Assembly: GCF_000018785.1 (NCBI RefSeq)
Contig: NC_010163.1
Location: forward strand, 900,001 to 932,000
DNA length: 32,000 bases
Source: Acholeplasma laidlawii PG-8A
GTDB taxonomy: Bacteria > Bacillota_I > Bacilli_A > Acholeplasmatales > Acholeplasmataceae
Reading direction: 5' to 3'
The position numbers and the translations under genes were made by a program. The first letter of the stretch is position 1, and each line of letters opens with the position of its first letter. The notes beneath the pieces are model-generated. The model worked only from the letters and a program-made list of their open reading frames with translations, ran no database searches and had not been told where the DNA came from. Shown here piece after piece: positions 27,666 through 32,000 of this stretch.

Positions 27666-29666
27666 TTAAGGTGGAAAGTTTATTAAATTTTTCTTTTTAA
27701 TTATTAAACTTCCAGAATCTTTAGTTTGATGTAAGTAAAGCCCATAATCTCTATAGATTTGAATAATTTCATTGTTCGGTAAATTATATACGTTTCGCTT
27801 ACTTACACTTACTACTGCAATCGAAGGATCGACATGATACAAGAAATCCATTGAACTTGAGGTATTAGAACCGTGATGAGGTACTTTTAAAACATCACTT
27901 TTTAAGAATCTACCATACATATGTACTAAATCTTTTTCTGTTTGAATACCAATATCACCTGCAAACAAATAATTTAAGCCATCAACATGTATCTTAAAGA
28001 CCACCGAATTATCATTTATATTTAGATAGTCTTTTGTAGGACCTAATAACTTGATACCTAATGAATTAGGAAGTTTAAGCTTACCTTCACGAACACGGTA
28101 TATATTGGGGTGTTTCACCGGATAATCCATATAACCACTTACTACGATAGTTTTTATATTAAAGTTTAATAGTAAGTCATCGACTTCCTTCATATGATCA
28201 AAATCAGCATGCGTAATAATTAAGTAATCTATCGTATATACATAATGATATTTCAAATAGCTTGTAACATTAGCAAATGCATCGACGACTATCACTTGAT
28301 TATCTTTAAATATAACAGCACTATCACCTTGACCTACATCCAGAAAAATAACACTATCTTCAAGCGGTTTAAACGTGAGTAGAAAAGAGATAACCACTAT
28401 ACCCAAAAGAACTGAAAAACGTCTATAAAAGGCTCTTTTGTGTGGTGCAGCACATAAAAATAAGATGAACCCAAAATAAATAATCCACATAATGCCAGAA
28501 AGTTGCATAAGATAGAAACGCACATCGTAGATAGCAATAAACGCCTCCAATTTTTGAATAAATAAGGCTATGCTATCTATGAGTGAAATAAAGGGTAATA
28601 TTGACCCAATAATTAAACTAGGTACCCATACATATTTAATGAGTAAACTCATAATCGGAATAAAAAATAAACTGATGATACTAATTTCTTTTTGCCATAA
28701 AAGTAGAAAAGGTGCTATCAAAAAAGGTATGATGTAGCCCATACGTTTTTTTGCAACACTTGAACTAAGTGCGATATAAAAAACGAATACATACACTACA
28801 ATAAAGGTATGATTATAGATGATATAAGGGTTAAATATGAGTATCATCAAACAGGTTATTACTTCTATATTAAAATTATCCATATCTAAATTATGTTGAT
28901 TATTTAAGTACTTAATGGTGTACTTAATACACATCCTTAAGATAATCACACTAAAACCGATGAGATAAGATATACCCATAAGTAATGCTGTTATAAGGTA
29001 TTTTGACGTATCCTTGATATCCAGATAATAAAATAGTTTAAAGATCAAGGTGATTAGAAAAGCAAGATGGATGGATGATAGTTTAAACAGGTGTGACATA
29101 TACTGTGTTTCAATGAGTGCATCATCATAAAATAAATCAAGAATGGGGATTGGTTTTAACATGAAACTTCTAAAAGGGGAAGGTGATTTTAGGCTTATCG
29201 TATCCATTCTTATGATACCCTTAATCCCCTTACCCAGTTGATACCTAAAACTGTTAAAACCGCCAGGTACTGTTTGTTTTCTATAGTTTTCAGTCTTTCC
29301 TTTAATGAATATGATATCACCAAATTCATACTTCACCTGGCTACTAAAGTGATATGAGTTTAATCCAGATGTAACTGTATACTGATAATAGTTTTCCTTA
29401 TTTTCAACGTGACTTATAATAAAGTCTTGACTCACATCTTTTTCTTTTGGTTGAAGTGTAAAAAAACCTAGTAAATAGATTAAAGCTATAGATATCAAAA
29501 TCACCCAAGATATATGTTTTCTAATCTGATATATATAAAATAAAAGTACAATAACTAAATAAGGATAATGTATCGTAAGTATTAAAATAACGAGTAAAAT
29601 CAGATATACATATGCATACTTAAATAAAGAAGTAAACTTTAATTTTATCAAACGTCTGTACTCCAA
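27666..29666 (-). CDS. comEC: ComEC/Rec2-family DNA-uptake channel with C-terminal metallo-beta-lactamase-like domain
   Basis: Polytopic N-terminus, then FLDVGQGDSAVIF, LIITHADFDHMKE, LFAGDIG, LKVPHHGSNTSSS. TTG start, overlapping the comEA 3' end by about 47 nt; the exact start is uncertain. Confidence 0.9.
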   Translation of the reverse strand: MEYRRLIKLKFTSLFKYAYVYLILLVILILTIHYPYLVIVLLFYIYQIRKHISWVILISIALIYLLGFFTLQPKEKDVSQDFIISHVENKENYYQYTVTSGLNSYHFSSQVKYEFGDIIFIKGKTENYRKQTVPGGFNSFRYQLGKGIKGIIRMDTISLKSPSPFRSFMLKPIPILDLFYDDALIETQYMSHLFKLSSIHLAFLITLIFKLFYYLDIKDTSKYLITALLMGISYLIGFSVIILRMCIKYTIKYLNNQHNLDMDNFNIEVITCLMILIFNPYIIYNHTFIVVYVFVFYIALSSSVAKKRMGYIIPFLIAPFLLLWQKEISIISLFFIPIMSLLIKYVWVPSLIIGSILPFISLIDSIALFIQKLEAFIAIYDVRFYLMQLSGIMWIIYFGFILFLCAAPHKRAFYRRFSVLLGIVVISFLLTFKPLEDSVIFLDVGQGDSAVIFKDNQVIVVDAFANVTSYLKYHYVYTIDYLIITHADFDHMKEVDDLLLNFNIKTIVVSGYMDYPVKHPNIYRVREGKLKLPNSLGIKLLGPTKDYLNINDNSVVFKIHVDGLNYLFAGDIGIQTEKDLVHMYGRFLKSDVLKVPHHGSNTSSSMDFLYHVDPSIAVVSVSKRNVYNLPNNEIIQIYRDYGLYLHQTKDSGSLIIKKKNLINFPP

Positions 29667-30117
29667 TACCCTTTACATTAAGTAGTTCTTCTACAGTTTT
29701 AAAATTACCATTTTCTTTTTTATAAAGTAGTATTTCAAGTGCCCTATTTTCGGTAATAGAAGGTATTAAAATGAGATCACTATAAGTAGCCGTATTTAAA
29801 TTAATCCTTTTAATGATTTCTTCTTCAATGAGCTGATAGTGCGGAATATGATATGAAGCATTTGTTATAATACTACCTAATTGGATATTAGATATATCTG
29901 CATGTTCTTTAAGACCGCCAGATAGATCAATTAAATAAGCTAAGGTCATACCTCTAATAATCTGATATGTACCAGGCTTTTTAACAGCACCGGTAATGTC
30001 TACTTGAATCATATCTGGTTCATGTTTAAAATAAGGTAAATCTTTACTATCAGGCTTAAACACCATCCACATGAATATAAGTAAAAAGGCTATTGCCCAT
30101 ATGACATTTTTCTTCAT
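29620..30117 (-). CDS. comEA: ComEA-like protein: N-terminal TM, SLBB-like domain, helix-hairpin-helix
   Basis: VDITGAVKKPGTYQIIRGMTLAYLIDLSGGL (SLBB); INLNTATYSDLILIPSITENRALEILLYKKENGNFKTVEELLNVKGIG (HhH). Confidence 0.92.
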   Translation of the reverse strand: MKKNVIWAIAFLLIFMWMVFKPDSKDLPYFKHEPDMIQVDITGAVKKPGTYQIIRGMTLAYLIDLSGGLKEHADISNIQLGSIITNASYHIPHYQLIEEEIIKRINLNTATYSDLILIPSITENRALEILLYKKENGNFKTVEELLNVKGIGVQTFDKIKVYFFI

Positions 30118-30161
30118 AAAAAAACCTCCTTCAACTATATAGTATAGCTAATGGAGGTTTT
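30118..30161 (-). promoter_or_regulatory. Terminator-like hairpin that includes the comEA Shine-Dalgarno
   Basis: GGAGGTTTTT (30152-30161) is the exact reverse complement of AAAAACCTCC (30119-30128); the loop forms AGCTATA-CTA-TATAGTT; six Ts directly abut the comEA ATG. Confidence 0.75.
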
Positions 30162-30180
30162 TGACTTTTATTTATATAGA

Positions 30181-30495
30181 TTATATTTTCTTTTTTAATT
30201 CCATGAAGCGTTTGTCAAATCCGTAAAATTCTCTATCTTTTTCACCAAACAAGTGAACTACGATATCTCCAAGGTCAATTAATAACCAACCTGTTTGTCC
30301 TTTACCTTCTACTTGTTTAATACTTGATTTTAAAGTTTCGTTAAAATAACCGACTGCACTTTGGGATGCACGTTCATTGACTGTAGCGACTACAAAATAG
30401 TCATAAAATGGACTCTTTTCTAAGAATTCATATACTGTAATGTCTTGTGCGTTAATTTTTTCTAATATTTCTATGGTTTGTTGTAATAGTTGCAA
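30181..30495 (-). CDS. rsfS: Ribosome silencing factor RsfS
   Basis: ITVYEFLEKSPFYDYFVVATVNERASQSAV...GWLLIDLGDIVVHLFGEKDREFYGFDKRF. Confidence 0.96.
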   Translation of the reverse strand: MQLLQQTIEILEKINAQDITVYEFLEKSPFYDYFVVATVNERASQSAVGYFNETLKSSIKQVEGKGQTGWLLIDLGDIVVHLFGEKDREFYGFDKRFMELKKKI

Positions 30496-30498
30496 AAT

Positions 30499-31050
30499 CT
30501 ATTCTCCTATACTTTTTATTATTTCTAATATGTCTTTTTTATTTGTAACGTATCCTAATTCAGGATTTGTTACTAAATCATTTAAATATACTTTAATGGT
30601 TTCATCTAAACTTTCAAGTGATAACTTCCTTAAAACGTGAACCAGTGGATAATCTCTTGTTGGTTCAATTTTATCAGCAATCAGTATAATTTTATCCAAT
30701 ATTGTCATACCTACTCTACCATATACATGATATTTTATGGCATTTAAGATCATTTCATCTTGTACGTTGTAGGTATTTTTTAAAATTGCTGCTGCACTTA
30801 GTGCATGATACATCACAGGTACATCTTTATAAGTTTTAATTTCATTTATGTCTAATACAGATGTTTGAGTACTTATGTCATCATACTTCGTGTAATCATG
30901 AAAGATTGCTGCGATATAGGCTTGATTAGAATCAACCCCATACCTTAACGAAAGACTTACAGCAGTTTTTACAACACCTAGGATATGTTCATATCGTTTG
31001 GGATTGTCTTTATACTTTAGCCTGACATCTTCTGTTATTTTATCGATCAT
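30499..31050 (-). CDS. yqeK: YqeK-family HD-domain hydrolase
   Basis: YEHILGVVKTAVSLSLRYGVD, AAIFHDYTKYDD, VMYHALSAAAIL, KIILIADKIEPTRDY. Confidence 0.94.
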   Translation of the reverse strand: MIDKITEDVRLKYKDNPKRYEHILGVVKTAVSLSLRYGVDSNQAYIAAIFHDYTKYDDISTQTSVLDINEIKTYKDVPVMYHALSAAAILKNTYNVQDEMILNAIKYHVYGRVGMTILDKIILIADKIEPTRDYPLVHVLRKLSLESLDETIKVYLNDLVTNPELGYVTNKKDILEIIKSIGE

Positions 31051-32000
31051 TTGAAGAAACTTTCTGCAAGTGTAATATGTAATTTTGGATGTGTTGATAT
31101 TTGGATAGTAACAGGTCCTAGGATATGAACAATTCCAAAATCTGCAAGTGTGAATTGATATTTTTTGTCTTCAACTAGTTTGTAATCTTTTGTCACATAA
31201 TTATCAAATTTAAGTTTAAAGATATTTTCAGTTTTTAAAATATTTTCTACATTATCTGAACTTGTTATATGGTGTTTCACATAATCAGATACATATAAGG
31301 TAGATTTTGTTTCACCTTTAAGAACACTAATATTTACTAAACCACCAATCATGAGTGATTGTCCGCTTTTAAGCGTACCATTTCTCGGATTAAACTGCTT
31401 TTGTGGAAGTAAATCTTTATAATCTTTATATTCAAAGAATTCATGTAGGTATCCACCTTGGTATAAACCAGGTGTATCATAGATATTTAAATTATCAAAT
31501 TTAGCATGTAACATGGTTTGAGTTAAAGCAGCCTTTGGTAAACTTAGTGCTTCTTTATTACCCGTTAATGCCTTAAATATAGTTGTTTTACCACTGTTTT
31601 GTAGGCCAATTAAATAGATATTCGGTACGTTAAATGATTTAAGGTATCCTTTTAAATGATCGATATCATATGGGTTTAGCGCACTCATTAAAACGATATC
31701 TTCATAACTCACTCTATTTAATCTAAAACTTTTTTGAATTTTTCCTAATAAAAAATTCTTAGAAGTTGCATCGGGTAATAGGTCAATCTGGTTAATTAAG
31801 TAGACAACCTTGTAGTTATCTCCTAGACGTTTAACCTCAGAGTTTAACATACTGTCTAAATAAAGTAGAGATGTGACTACAACAATTAAAGATTTCTTTT
31901 CAAAATTAGGCAAATTATCTGGATGACTATGACCTTCTGCTTTTCCATAATGCATCAGTTGGTAACAACTTTTACAAAAGATGTGGTCATGATTTGGAAT
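31047..32000 (-). CDS. yqeH: YqeH-family circularly permuted GTPase, 5' end beyond the window
   Basis: NQIDLLP (G4) precedes GLQNSGKTTIFKAL (G1) and DTPG (G3). The frame stays open upstream of ATG 31955: IPNHDHIFCKSCYQLMHYGK, the distal half of the YqeH zinc finger. Confidence 0.93.
   Translation of the reverse strand: MPNHDHIFCKSCYQLMHYGKAEGHSHPDNLPNFEKKSLIVVVTSLLYLDSMLNSEVKRLGDNYKVVYLINQIDLLPDATSKNFLLGKIQKSFRLNRVSYEDIVLMSALNPYDIDHLKGYLKSFNVPNIYLIGLQNSGKTTIFKALTGNKEALSLPKAALTQTMLHAKFDNLNIYDTPGLYQGGYLHEFFEYKDYKDLLPQKQFNPRNGTLKSGQSLMIGGLVNISVLKGETKSTLYVSDYVKHHITSSDNVENILKTENIFKLKFDNYVTKDYKLVEDKKYQFTLADFGIVHILGPVTIQISTHPKLHITLAESFFK

Overview
A compact, AT-rich chromosomal housekeeping region. 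Several genes end in TGA inside ATGA start/stop overlaps and Trp is encoded by TGG, so the standard code is in use. Gene order and composition suggest Acholeplasma or a related Mollicute/Firmicute (inference). Nearly all genes are on the minus strand: a yqeH(partial)-yqeK-rsfS-comEA-comEC-holA-exonuclease block; rpsT (+); pgsA-recA; a heterodimeric BmrC/BmrD-like ABC exporter; a divergent lone membrane protein (+); rny-ymdB; a 632-aa uncharacterised membrane protein; mutS-mutL-miaA-aroK-aroQ-efp; rluB-like-cmk-S1 protein-der-gpsA-hup; an ankyrin-repeat protein; and a CPBP-type membrane protease (+, partial). I found no CRISPR array, tRNA/rRNA, transposon or clear defence system. The most interesting observations are: (1) a near-continuous hairpin in the rsfS-comEA gap that looks like an intrinsic terminator and also buries the comEA Shine-Dalgarno sequence; (2) the 632-aa protein with three Rho_N/SAP-like modules fused to a C-terminal membrane domain between ymdB and mutS; (3) a BmrCD-like exporter with an extracellular insertion and a degenerate ATP site, placed between recA and rny; (4) tandem near-consensus promoters for rny; and (5) several start-codon corrections.
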